A stretch of DNA of 62,956 bases, filler included, from Reticulomyxa filosa (Eukaryota > Protista > Foraminifera), in assembly GCA_000512085.1 (NCBI GenBank). It is 21 parts of 21 records of this genome, joined end to end, with 100 filler letters (N's around TTAATTAATTAA, not from the genome) between each part and the next. Parts side by side here need not be neighbours in the genome. Positions count along the whole stretch, not along the records: positions 33,278 to 36,518 come from ASPP01017066.1; positions 36,619 to 44,604 come from ASPP01006284.1; positions 44,705 to 48,169 come from ASPP01028712.1; 18 more parts are not named here. One strand, given 5' to 3'. Below the pieces are notes generated by a model. That model was not told the origin of the DNA. It was given only the letters and a program-made list of their open reading frames with translations, and made no database searches. The position numbers and the translations under genes were made by a program. Of the stretch, positions 36,087 to 47,133 are shown one piece after another. The first letter of the stretch is position 1, and every line of letters begins with the position of its first letter.

Positions 36087-36518
36087 TCTACGCTTTTCAT
36101 ACTAAAAGAATATGTCTGTTTTGCTCTTGTAAGAAAAATACATATTTTGAAATCCACTAAGATATATGACGCAGCGCTTCATTTTTGCAAAGTCGGCCAT
36201 ACGAGAATAAAGTTTTACTCGATACAGTTGAGATTTCAAAAGATACACCAAAACCCACTTTTGTATAGCTCGGAAAGTACCACCAAGTCCGCGCTATCGC
36301 GACTCAATAACTCCTTTCCATTTGCGAGAAACTCAATTATATGTCACCTTTGAAAATCACTGAAAAAACACCAACTTTTTTTTAATTATTGTTGTTCCTA
36401 TTGGTGTAGAAACGTCGTAGAAAAAACAGGAATTAATCCTAAAATAATCTACGCTTTTCATAGTACAAGAATATGTCTGTTTTGTTCTGTAAAAAAAATA
36501 ACATATTTTAAAATCCAC
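36087..36518. repeat. Direct repeat of ~71 bp, period 361 bp; second copy runs into the contig end
   Basis: tctacgcttttcata..agaatatgtctgttttg..catatttt.aaatccac at 36087-36157 and 36448-36518. Confidence 0.85.
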
Positions 36519-36618
36519 NNNNNNNNNNNNNNNNNNNNNNNNNNNNNNNNNNNNNNNNNNNNTTAATTAATTAANNNNNNNNNNNNNNNNNNNNNNNNNN
36601 NNNNNNNNNNNNNNNNNN

Positions 36619-37748
36619 AAAAAAAAAAAAAAAAAACCAGATATGGAAAAGAGGTGATTAAGGCAATGCTGTACTGCAATTGTTCGTTTGTTTGTATATC
36701 TTCTATGAAACATTGAAAAATATATACGGAATATATTTTCGCTTTGCGAGATGAATGTTTCTATTTGTTGTTGTGTTGCCTCCTCCCTCCCTTCTCTTTT
36801 TTTTTTGTGTATCGTGTGTAATAGTGTGCGTGATGGGATTGATGTCAGTATACTATTTCTTGGTTGGAAGCGCTGTGATTGGAGTGATCTGCCTGATACT
36901 GACTTTTTTCTTTGCCGTGTACGTGTACTTTGTGCGCTCAAGAATTCCTTTCACTGCGACGATGCTGGTCCGCTTTTTTATTTATATTTATTCATTTGAT
37001 TGTGATTACATGGATTTGTGTTTGTGTATTTTTGTGTAACATGTGATACAACACAATACAACTTAGAAAATTGCAGCGAGAATAATCGAACAAAAATCGT
37101 CAACGGTTGCATTGCAATTACTTATTGTCGCATTACAGGTACTTTGTTAAAAAAAAAAAAAAAAAAAGGGGGTCTAAAAAAAAAAAAAAAAAAAAATTAA
37201 CGAATATTCTTGACAGAAGCATCAGGGCCTTGATGGAATTTACAAAATCCCTTCGGAGACCATGATTGAGGATCCCCACAATCACAACAGCCTCCACTGA
37301 CCAATGTTCGTTTCACATCGTGTCCAGTGTGGTCCGAGTTTTCGAAACACTCCACACATTGAATACATCCTCCATCCACGCCACATTCGTTGCACTTGTA
37401 GGCTGGCTCTTTGTGCTTCATTTCCCGCCCACACACGCCTCTCTCTTGCTTGTCCACAAACGTCTTCTCAAAACCTTCCCCACCACTAGCCAGCTCTTCC
37501 AACCATTCCAATAGCTTCTTGTATTCGTTATTGTCTTGGTGCGACCACAATAGAAACTCCAACAGTTTCCATTGTTCTTCTATTGTTCCCAAAAACATGC
37601 CATTTCAACACCTACATGCTTACATTTCTTTCAAAGTTTCCCCTCATTTGCCGTCATATTAAGCACATTTACCTCTTGAAGGAGAAGAGCGCAAAAACTC
37701 TTTAATTGAATGAGTTGACAGAGGAAAAAGTGGGGTTGATGCAGACAT
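36619..37748 (-). CDS. UBR-box (N-recognin type) E3 ligase, 5' part
   Basis: Exon 37748-37673, intron to 37580, exon 37579-37202 with CGREMKHKEPAYKCNECGVDGGCIQCVECFENSDHTGH..GGCCDCGDPQSW..GFCKFH. Downstream exons unresolved; truncated at linker. Confidence 0.9.
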
Positions 37749-38033
37749 TTGATAATGCAAATACCGATTTCTGAGTTTTTAAAAACCCCCCTCCTTTCCC
37801 TCTTTTCGAAGTAAAAGACTCTACGTCTTCAATAAAAAATTCAATACTAGTAATAGCAATAATAAAATTATAAATTTCAAATGTAACAAAAATATCTTCC
37901 TTTTAAAAAGCTGTGGGGGTTTCCTTTCGACAAAAGAAAAAAACATAATATATGTTGTAAACGTTACAATAACCTCAGCTCAGCAACCTCTCTCACGACT
38001 CTATAACTTGTTACCAAACATTGATTTAAAAAA

Positions 38034-40336
38034 ATGAAGATATCGGATCAAATATTCCAAAGAGGCGATAGCCTGGGTCAGAGGAAGAGTACGTTGACAT
38101 GGAACTCGGGGAAGGGGAAGGGGAAAGGAAAAGAGAAAGAAAAAGAAAAAGAAAAAGAAAAAGAAAAAGAGAAAGAGAAAGGAAAGAGAAAAGAAAAAGC
38201 CAAAGCAGTGCACGAAGGAGTGTTATTAAAAAAAGGACAAATAAACAAATCATGGAAAAAAAGATATTTTGTATTGTACGAAGGACGCACTCTGGCGTAT
38301 TATGAAAACGAAAAGGACTTTAATAATGATAAGCCTCCGATAAGCCAAATCGATTTGTCGAGCGTGCAATCCATATTTGTATATCCAATTCAATCACAGT
38401 CGTCATCCTCTGCTTCTTCTTCTTCTTTATCCAAGCAACTTCCAAAAACTCTCGGTTTTTTTTGTTTTTTTTTTTTTTTAAAAAAAAAAAAGAAAATTCC
38501 AAAAATTTTCTAACTTTTTTTTTTAAAAAAAAAAAAAAAAAAAAAAGAAAATGAAACGAGAAACTCCAAAGCGAATCCGACATTATTTTCAAACCTATTA
38601 CGATACAGTATAACGATGTTAGCAGAAGGGGGCACGAATACAGAAGAGCCACTAAGCGGGAATGACGAGTCGATGTTGATGGACACATATATGGCACCAC
38701 ATGGCAGCAATAGCAACGGACATGACACTGCTGCTGACAGCAATGACAACAATGATAACAATGACAATGACAATGACAATGACGTGGACATCAAAACAAG
38801 TGGCGACAATGGCGATGACAAGACTAAAGAGTTGCTAGCCGCGCAAATCGACAAAGAATATGCGTTTGCTATTGCCACGTCCAAGCGCACGTACGTGCTA
38901 TGTGCCAAAGACACCTTGGACTTATTCAATTGGAGAAACGCGATTGAAAAAGCCACGTTCGGTGGCAGGCTGTTCCAAGGCTGGCTCATCAAACGTGGCG
39001 CCATGCGCAAGTCGTGGAAAAAGAGATGGTTCGTCATCTTCGACACCCACGAAATGCGCTACTTTGACAATCAGCAAAACATGCAGCCCATCGGTTCTAT
39101 CAACCTCTTGCAAGTCTTGTTGATGTGTCCTGGAGATGATGATCAATATTCGTTATTGTTTTTTTTTTTAAACATAAATAAATATATACATACATATATG
39201 TATACATATATATATGTATATATTTATTTATTTATTTATTTATTTATGCTATTAAAATTATATAGACTTCCTTATACTATTCAATTATTGACGCCAGATC
39301 GCAATTGGGTTGTCGCTGCTGAGACGGAACAAAAAAGAGTTGAGCTCTCACTTTGAATTGTATATGTAAATGACTTGCCATGTATATTGTGGAGGGAGGA
39401 TAGAATGAATGGCTTTCTCAACTGAAAGAATCGATCGATGGCGCGAAGCAACTGGTGACGTCACAGGAAGGCTACTTGTGGAAACAAAGCTCGAAGAAGA
39501 CAAAGAGTTGGAAGAAACATTATTTCGCCATGTCGAAAGGATGGCTGTTCTACTTTGACTCCAAGTTCCATTGCGACAAGTTCAAAACCATTGTCTTTTT
39601 CAACGAGTCTTTCTTCCAACAAGCTGTGCAAATGTATGTCAAAGGCACCATTTCTTTGCACCAAACTGTTGTGCAAAGGGTTTACTTCAAATCCTTTGAC
39701 TCTCTTCCGCTTCCGTCCAATCCTTCCAACGACGTCCAGCCCCATTTCTTTCAAATCACCACCAACTTCCGTAAACACTGCTTTGCTTGTGAAGCTGAGC
39801 CGGAATTTCATGACTGGTTCAAGGCGTTTCACAAGACTCATGAAGAGTTTATTATATTCTACTAGCCCATATATATGTACACAATTGACGTGTACATTTA
39901 AAAAAATATATATGTACATACATTACATGTTAACAAAAAAAAAAAAAAAAAAAAAAAAAAAAGTGGACTAATAGCGGAGATACATTCGGAGCTGGAATTA
40001 AAAACACAATTGGATGAAGAAGAAAAGAAAGAGGAGGAAAAGAGTGACAGGTCACAGTTGCCCACAATTATCGAAGATGAGAAATATGACGATGAAGACA
40101 CCCAATTTGAACCGGATCGGGATCCGATTCAACACCAAATTGATGCTCAGATGCAAGACAATACCAAATATAACATTCATAAAGGCCATTCTCAAAAACA
40201 GGCATCTTTATTCAATCTACTTGATCCCAATGGCACCGGAAAGTGGAGGGATTTGGAAGACCCTTCCTTAATCCGAGCTCAGCCTGATCTTGTCAAAAAT
40301 ATTAACACTAATTCACATTCTATTCTTCAAATGTGA
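38034..40336 (+). CDS. Protein with three tandem PH domains, 637 aa
   Basis: Exons 38034-38454, 38548-39151, 39266-39338, 39404-39846 and 39964-40336 join in frame via GT-AG introns. Three G.L.K...KSWKK.(Y/W)F motifs and three C-terminal Trp helices. Confidence 0.9.
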
Positions 40337-40914
40337 TACTTTCAAATCACAGTTCACCTTTACTAAATCGCATTACATATACGTGCAGTGCAGATTTTGT
40401 TTATAACTTATTACTTGCGTTGCATTCTCTTCTTTCTTACTTTTTTTCTCCACACATACAAAAAAAAAACAAAAATAACGAATCACATTTTTTTTTTATT
40501 GTATAATATGAAGTGATGTTAGATAGATGTGATGAAGTTTTTTTTCTTGCACTTATGAAAACCTTTTTCTTTTGGTCTTTCATCCGTTTAAATTGAAAAC
40601 ACTGTTGGTGAATCACTTTTTAAAAAAAGTAAAATTATCAAAAAGTTACTGTTTCTTTTTTTTTATCACTAATTACTAAATCAGTTAAATCAACTGCAAA
40701 ACGAAAACAAGTATTATCAGTCTCTTTTTGCTATTTATGTGCATTCCCTACTTTTTCCAAAAACTACTACCTAGCTCGTAGGGAGAGTGATGTCAGCTAC
40801 TTTGCACCAGACAAGTGTAATAAGAAAAGGAAACAGCTCTTTTGGGCTAATTTCAAAATAAAACAAAAGTTAAATAAGAAGAAAACAAAATAAGAAACAA
40901 AAACAAGAAAACAA

Positions 40915-41880
40915 GTAGTTTGTACATTATAGTCAGTATATATTGATGTCCGTTTTTAGTCTGTGGCAATTCGCACATGATGTACAAACATACCATTTGA
41001 AAAGGCATGGCTGCTGGAAAATTTTGGACTTTGTCTACATTCTTATTAATTATACTATAGGTCAAGTCCATATTATGATTATCTGAACATTAATGGAACG
41101 GAAGAATCACCAGTATGTTAAACTTCCTAAACAAACTTACTTCTTACTTTCTTGCTTCTATTTACTTTTCTTTTGTTATCTTGTTTCATTATTTCAATTT
41201 TTTTCGTTTTACGAAATCACTATTCTCTTCTTGGTAAACACCTATCGTATTACAGTTAGTGTACCACTACTATCAGCAGACGTCCCACAGTACTTTTTGC
41301 AATTTGAAGCTTGAAACATTAGTTGCAAAACAGCTTCAAGTCTGCGAATAATCTAATACAATGAAACAATCTATGAATTAAGTTAGTATTTTTTATTGTT
41401 TATCTTTTTGTGTCAAGTAATTTTTAATAGTGCAAGCACTATCGTTGATTTGAGAATCAACAAATTGGTACTTTTCGAACAATTTATCATAATCTTGAAG
41501 TTATCTGTTCAAGATAAAGGCATTTCTAATTGTGATATTTTTTATATTCTTTCTGGATAACGAATAAAGAAGATATATTTTTGTGGTCATTATACGCAAT
41601 TAGTTTGCGTACTAATATGTATTGTTTAATGCATAAACAAATACATATAATTCTTTTTCGGATTTGTGCTAATTTAATTAGTGTGTGCTAAATTGTTTTG
41701 AAATAAACTCTATGTGAACGAAGACATAGCCCTGACTTTGTAACAATGCGCACCAATTGCATCATTCGAATTATCACATTGCACGATAAATCCTTCGTTT
41801 TGTTAGATGCATCAACAATTGAACATGCGATATGTCGTGTTTCAATTGATCGAATATATTTGTCCAGGTCCATTTTGCAT
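40915..41880 (-). mobile_element. Ty3/gypsy-like LTR retrotransposon pol relic (RNase H then integrase core)
   Basis: VDAS; SEKELYVFVYAL; YILVRKLIAYNDHKNISSLF; LQDYD (RNase H, ~41486-41830). Then QNFPAAMPFQMVCLYIMCELPQTKNGHQYILTIM (integrase N-core, ~40920-41030). Multiple stops and frameshifts. Confidence 0.75.
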
Positions 41881-42308
41881 TCTTCTCAATTTGCTCAATT
41901 TAATTGTTAACGAATCAATATTCTGAATAAATTTTTTGACTGTGTGTTAATGAGATATTTTTATGAAAACGTAAAAATGAAATGAAGTTTCTGTAAAAGA
42001 TAATGTCTAAAATATTGAATATCTTATTAGTGATTATGTTTACCTTGTTTTTGAATATTTGTTTTTATGGGGAATATTAACACTGGATAAAAATAGAAAT
42101 GATTATAAATGCTCACTAAGCTCTGGTGCATAATTAATAAGTGTAATACGAAAATGTGTTTTTCGAACTAATTTCAACAAAACAAAATAAATTTGCCTAA
42201 ATTAAACAAAATACAATTTAAAAGAATGTAATATATGTTCTCGCTTTTGGTCATGTGGGTCTTTATTTTATTTTGAATATTTTCAATTGGAGATTTTAAA
42301 ATCAACAC

Positions 42309-42363
42309 AAATTGAGTGTTTGTTCTTCAGAGAAATTGAGTGTTTGTTCTTCAGAGAAATTGA
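42309..42363. repeat. Perfect 24-bp tandem duplication
   Basis: aaattgagtgtttgttcttcagag x2 plus a partial third copy. Confidence 0.9.
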
Positions 42364-42784
42364 TTATCTTCATAAAGTAGCATAATATATTGCCAATTTT
42401 TTTGCAAACTGCTGTATTTGATGATAATATCATTTTAAAAAAAAAATCAATTCTTTTTGATTGGCTAAATGAAATAATTTTTTCTCACAAACCAATGAAC
42501 AAACAACCTTAATCAAGTTTTTTTGTTTTAAAGAGTAAGACTGTTTTCTTTTAGAGATCATTATCTCTTTTTGATAGTTATTTTTTGAAATACAAAACTT
42601 TAATGGCGTAAAAGTATACTTTTTTATGTGGTCATGTTTAAGTTGAAGCATATGCAAATTGTATATCCAGGTTGTAATATAGTTTTTAAAAGTCCCTCAG
42701 TTCAATCACATCGACAAGCATAAACATGAAAAACACTGAAAACGTAGAAAGAGGAGAAGCAAAGCAACGATAAGAAAAAGAACC

Positions 42785-44390
42785 TTACAACGGAGTACTC
42801 AGAAATCGATCCATATCTTCCGCCAACTCTAAATTGGTTATATCCATTTCTTTATTACTTTTCGAAGAATGAGAAAGTTGTTTATCAAGAGTGACATCAT
42901 CCACATGAGGAGAAGAGTCACCAATTACGGTTTGGACAGGATTTTTTTCGTCAACATGTTCCTTTTCGTCATTGCTGTCATGACCAAAGAGTTCAATATT
43001 AGTAATGAACGGGTTTTTTCCTTTGGATTGGTTATTTACATTCTCATGTGCAGTTTTTTTTTCCTTGCCAGGAATGGAACGCTGCTGTAATGTTTCCATA
43101 GGTGCAATCTCTATTATTGGTGGCATATGATCCGTGATATTGTCCTTGAGTTGCGAGGCCTGCGAAACTTCTAAATCTAATGATGTTTCTTCTTGAATGG
43201 CATTTTTTGTAGTGTTTTCGGGTTTGGTAGATATCGCATTGTTTGTATGATATTTTTGCATTTGCGCCTGTACTTGTTGTGTATCCTCGTGCGATTGTGA
43301 ATAGCAACTGCAGCAACAATAATCCCTGCAAAGGAGTTCTCTGAGCATTGGACCCTCATCGGTCGCACACAAGGTGCAGCACACACGCTCCAAACCGTCG
43401 CAGCATTTCGTATACACCGGCGTCATAAACTGGTAAAACAATGATATGCAAAACACATTAATCAACGCATCCAACGGGATTAGCAACAACGTTCGACGAA
43501 ACAATATTCCACCGACAAATATAGTGACTATTTGTGTTCACGTATTTATATTGTGTTGTAATTGTTGGACATTGTCTTTTAATAACACACACGCACATTG
43601 ACATATGCATACATATATGTATATACGTGTTGATATGCGCGTATGTTTTTTTTTATTTTTTTATTTTTTTATTAACAGGTAGTAGACGTGGATAGAAACA
43701 CCAATAAACTCGACCTTCGCATAACCTTCAAAAAATCTTTAGCAGGATTGTTTCGGTCTTTTTGGGTGGAGTAAGTGGAACTTGATCTATCTGTCGGTAA
43801 CTTTGTTGGAAGGCTAGCATTGATCGAATTCGTGCGTACAGAGCTTACATTGAATGTGCTCTCGCGCTCACGACTGTAATGGAGTTGATTTCGGACCGTT
43901 TCGACCAACTTGTCATGAAGCATATTCAAATCCAATGTGCGCCATGTTATTATATAGATTTGTATACGTTTACTTGAGCAAAGTGAGGAAGAAAGAGATT
44001 GAGATAAATAAATCGTATATTTACATATATTTATATATATATATATATACATGTATATGTATATATGTATGTATGTGTATAAGTATGCATGAACAGATAA
44101 TCGGCACTTGATTCAATTTCCACAGAAATAGCATCAACGGCGTGATAGACCAGACCAAGTCGAGTAAGTATAGTGCGATAATGACCCCAAAAACGCGTGG
44201 CTTTTGGACGTCCAGGTGAGGTAGGCAGGTAACATAAGATCCGATATGCCGAATCTGTACCTCGCGTTGAATGATAACAATCCAGCTCACGTACAGTACA
44301 ATCCCTGATGTTATTATTGCAATTCGAATCCGCCGTAACATCTTTGTGCTATACCGAAAATGGCTCTTTTCAAACACTACCGACAATCTT
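42785..44390 (-). CDS. Orphan multi-pass membrane protein, 7TM/GPCR-like (5'-truncated)
   Basis: RLSVVFEKSHFRYS followed by hydrophobic helices (IAIITSGIVLYVSWIVII; VFGVIIALYLLDLVWSITPLMLFLWKL; SSLLVFLSTS; LLLIPLDALINVFCISLFY). Cys-rich juxtamembrane tail and long acidic C-terminus; microsatellite-rich introns. Confidence 0.6.
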
Positions 44391-44704
44391 TTTTTTAATC
44401 GATGTACGTATACACAAACAAAAGCACATTATATTACTTGTAATATATAAATATATTTTGCATGTATGTACTAAATGAGTTATTGTTTAAACAAACAAAC
44501 AAACAAAAAAAAAAAAGTTTCTTTTACAAAAATAAAAATAAAAAAAAAAATACACACAGAAACGAATAAATAAAACAAAATAACGATATAACAATTGATG
44601 CCAANNNNNNNNNNNNNNNNNNNNNNNNNNNNNNNNNNNNNNNNNNNNTTAATTAATTAANNNNNNNNNNNNNNNNNNNNNNNNNNNNNNNNNNNNNNNN
44701 NNNN

Positions 44705-44863
44705 AAGAAGGAATTATATACGATCGAAGAAGAAAATCCAGTGTATTGTCTTAAATTTTTGCGATTGGAAAACAAGGGAACGAATAGTGAAAAAACAAAT
44801 AGTAATTGTAATGTCAATTTATGTTATGGTTTAAACGATGGCCATATTCGACTTTGAGGATGA
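44705..44863 (+). pseudogene. C-terminal WD40 blade with in-frame TGA
   Basis: VYCLKFLRL...VNLCYGLNDGHIRL*G*; paralogous to 46981-47133. Confidence 0.55.
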
Positions 44864-45559
44864 TCATATATTCGTGAAGTATTTCTTTTGAACTTGTTAT
44901 GCTTGTTAAATGAAAAGCGTTGATGATAACTTGTTTTGCGTTTATTAATAAAAATTGCTTTGTTTTACTATTTGTATTATCCTCAAATTAAAATTTACTT
45001 TGCCTCATTTTTTTTTTGCTTTGATGTTAATTTTTCCATATTTACAAAAATCAATAAAAAATTCAAATGTTCGAAAAATTATGGAAATTGAATAAAAAGT
45101 CAAATCAAAACCATATTTAAACACAAGATATTTTGATAAACTGTCTCTATAAGGCTGCATTTTAGATGTCAAGTTTATTGAGTTCGTGTTTGTGTAGCAT
45201 ATATTGAGATTCAGAAAGACAATTCGTACAATTTTTTCTTTTTCTTCTGCGCGTGAGCATGTGATCAAAATGATCACAAGATGCAACAGCAATAACTTTC
45301 AAAGCGATACATGCTCATTATTGAACACATTCCAATTTCAATATAACAAATTAAGCTTAAAAAAAAATTGGCCGGTGAAACACCATATGCGTAACCTACT
45401 TTTTGTTTAGTCCCTTGTTGATTGTATGAATTGATTGTAAAGAAATTGATTTAACAAGCGTATTTATTTGACTTTCACAAGCCTCAAATCATTGCAAGAT
45501 GTTCTCTGAAAATTTGATGGATTTGCTTCTTCATCAAAAAAGCAAATATCTAAAATTTT

Positions 45560-45880
45560 TCATATACTATATTTTACAATAATTTTATCAAAATCATCGA
45601 TCCATCCAAATTTTAGCTTTAAAATTCGAATCCAGTATTGAATAATACGTTTTATTTTATGTTTTGACTATTCATTATTGATTATTTATTATTTAACAAT
45701 TAGTTTCATTCAATCAAATTTATTTATGTTTCATCAAAGTAAATAAACAAATCATTACCAACTGTGAAGGGTCCCATACACACACTTTAGTCTTCATGTG
45801 AGCTGATACTGTTGCCTCTTTGTCATCTTTTCCTCCAATGATGTGTATATAATCGTGTTCTTCACTCAATATTGCAACAA
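45560..45880 (-). pseudogene. 5'-truncated Kelch gene fragment with the C-terminal QYWIR..GWIDDFD module
   Basis: AILSEEHDYIHIIGGKDD..HMKTKVCVWDPSQL, intron 45758-45668, then SKHKIKRIIQYWIRILKLKFGWIDDFDKIIVKYSI*. Same intron position as in 25980-26981. Confidence 0.8.
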
Positions 45881-46980
45881 ATCCAATTTTTGTCAAAGCA
45901 AGCATGTTGCTCAGTAATTGACTTTAAATCCATTTTCGCATTGCTTTGCTTTTCTCTTCTTCCATCTCACTTAGTTTCTTTCTTTTAGTTTTGGTTTCTT
46001 AATTAGATGATGTAGAGAAATTGATTCTGGAGTTGTTTTTTTTGAGTTTTTTTCGTTGTGGCCAAAATACTCTCGTAAAAAAGTCAAATTATTTTTGAAC
46101 ACTATTTCAGTATAAAAACTTCAAATTGTTTATCTTTTTTCTTTCAATTATACAAACAGCTATTCTTTCAACAAATGCTTCATTTCCCAGCATGTATAAA
46201 TCACTATCTTCTTAAATTTGTTTATTTTTATATAATAAAATATAAACTTGAGTTGTTTATAATATAGTTTTCTTCTAGCTTGTCTTTAGAGGTTATAAAG
46301 ATTGAGCAATTAAAAGAGCTTTGTACGCGTGGTTGCCTCACTTTCTTTTAGTTTTCACCATTTGTATCCTGTCCAAGATACTGTTTTTCAATCAGAGGCT
46401 TAAGTACGTTATAATAAGTAGTACTTCAACTTTCAAAATGATAGTGTGTAAAATACATTAGTTTGTTTTCATAATTGTACTGTTGTTGGTAACAAAAGAG
46501 AAAATAACTGTTAGGATTTTTTTCAATCATTTTAATCTGGTAAATATATCTTTTCAAGACTTTGATTGCATTAAAACTTGTTAATTTTGTCACTATTAAA
46601 AAAACTTACTTAAAAATTTTATATATACCTTCGGACAATACTGCATTGAATTTCTGAAAAATGTTTGCTTTCTATGTTTCAAAGGAATTGAAGTATGAAT
46701 GTTTTTACTTGTTTGTACGTTCACTTAAAAAAGATTTTTTGCAATTTGTGGCTACTTCGAATGAATTCTTCTTCATAAAAAAAAATAACATTCGTTACAG
46801 ACAAATTTTTATGCTGTCAGTTTTTACTTATGGAAAAGGTTTTTTTTAAAAAAAAAGAAAATAGAAGTCATTAAGACGTTGTTGCAATGTTTCAAAATAG
46901 TCTTGTTGGTTAATCATACCATCATGCGATATAACCAACATTGTAACCTTATTATAAGAAAATCATAATTTTTGTTCCTT

Positions 46981-47133
46981 GTCAAAGTATATGGAAATGA
47001 AAAAGAAGGTTATGGAATATTCTGTCTTAAATTTCTACAATTAAAAAAGAACAGAAAAAGCGACGATAATTTGAGTTGTGATATTAATTTGTGCTGTGGT
47101 TTACAAAGAAGTCATATTCATATTTGTGGATAG
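46981..47133 (+). pseudogene. Isolated C-terminal WD40 blade
   Basis: GIFCLKFLQLKK...INLCCGLQRSHIHICG*; no upstream repeats in frame. Confidence 0.5.
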
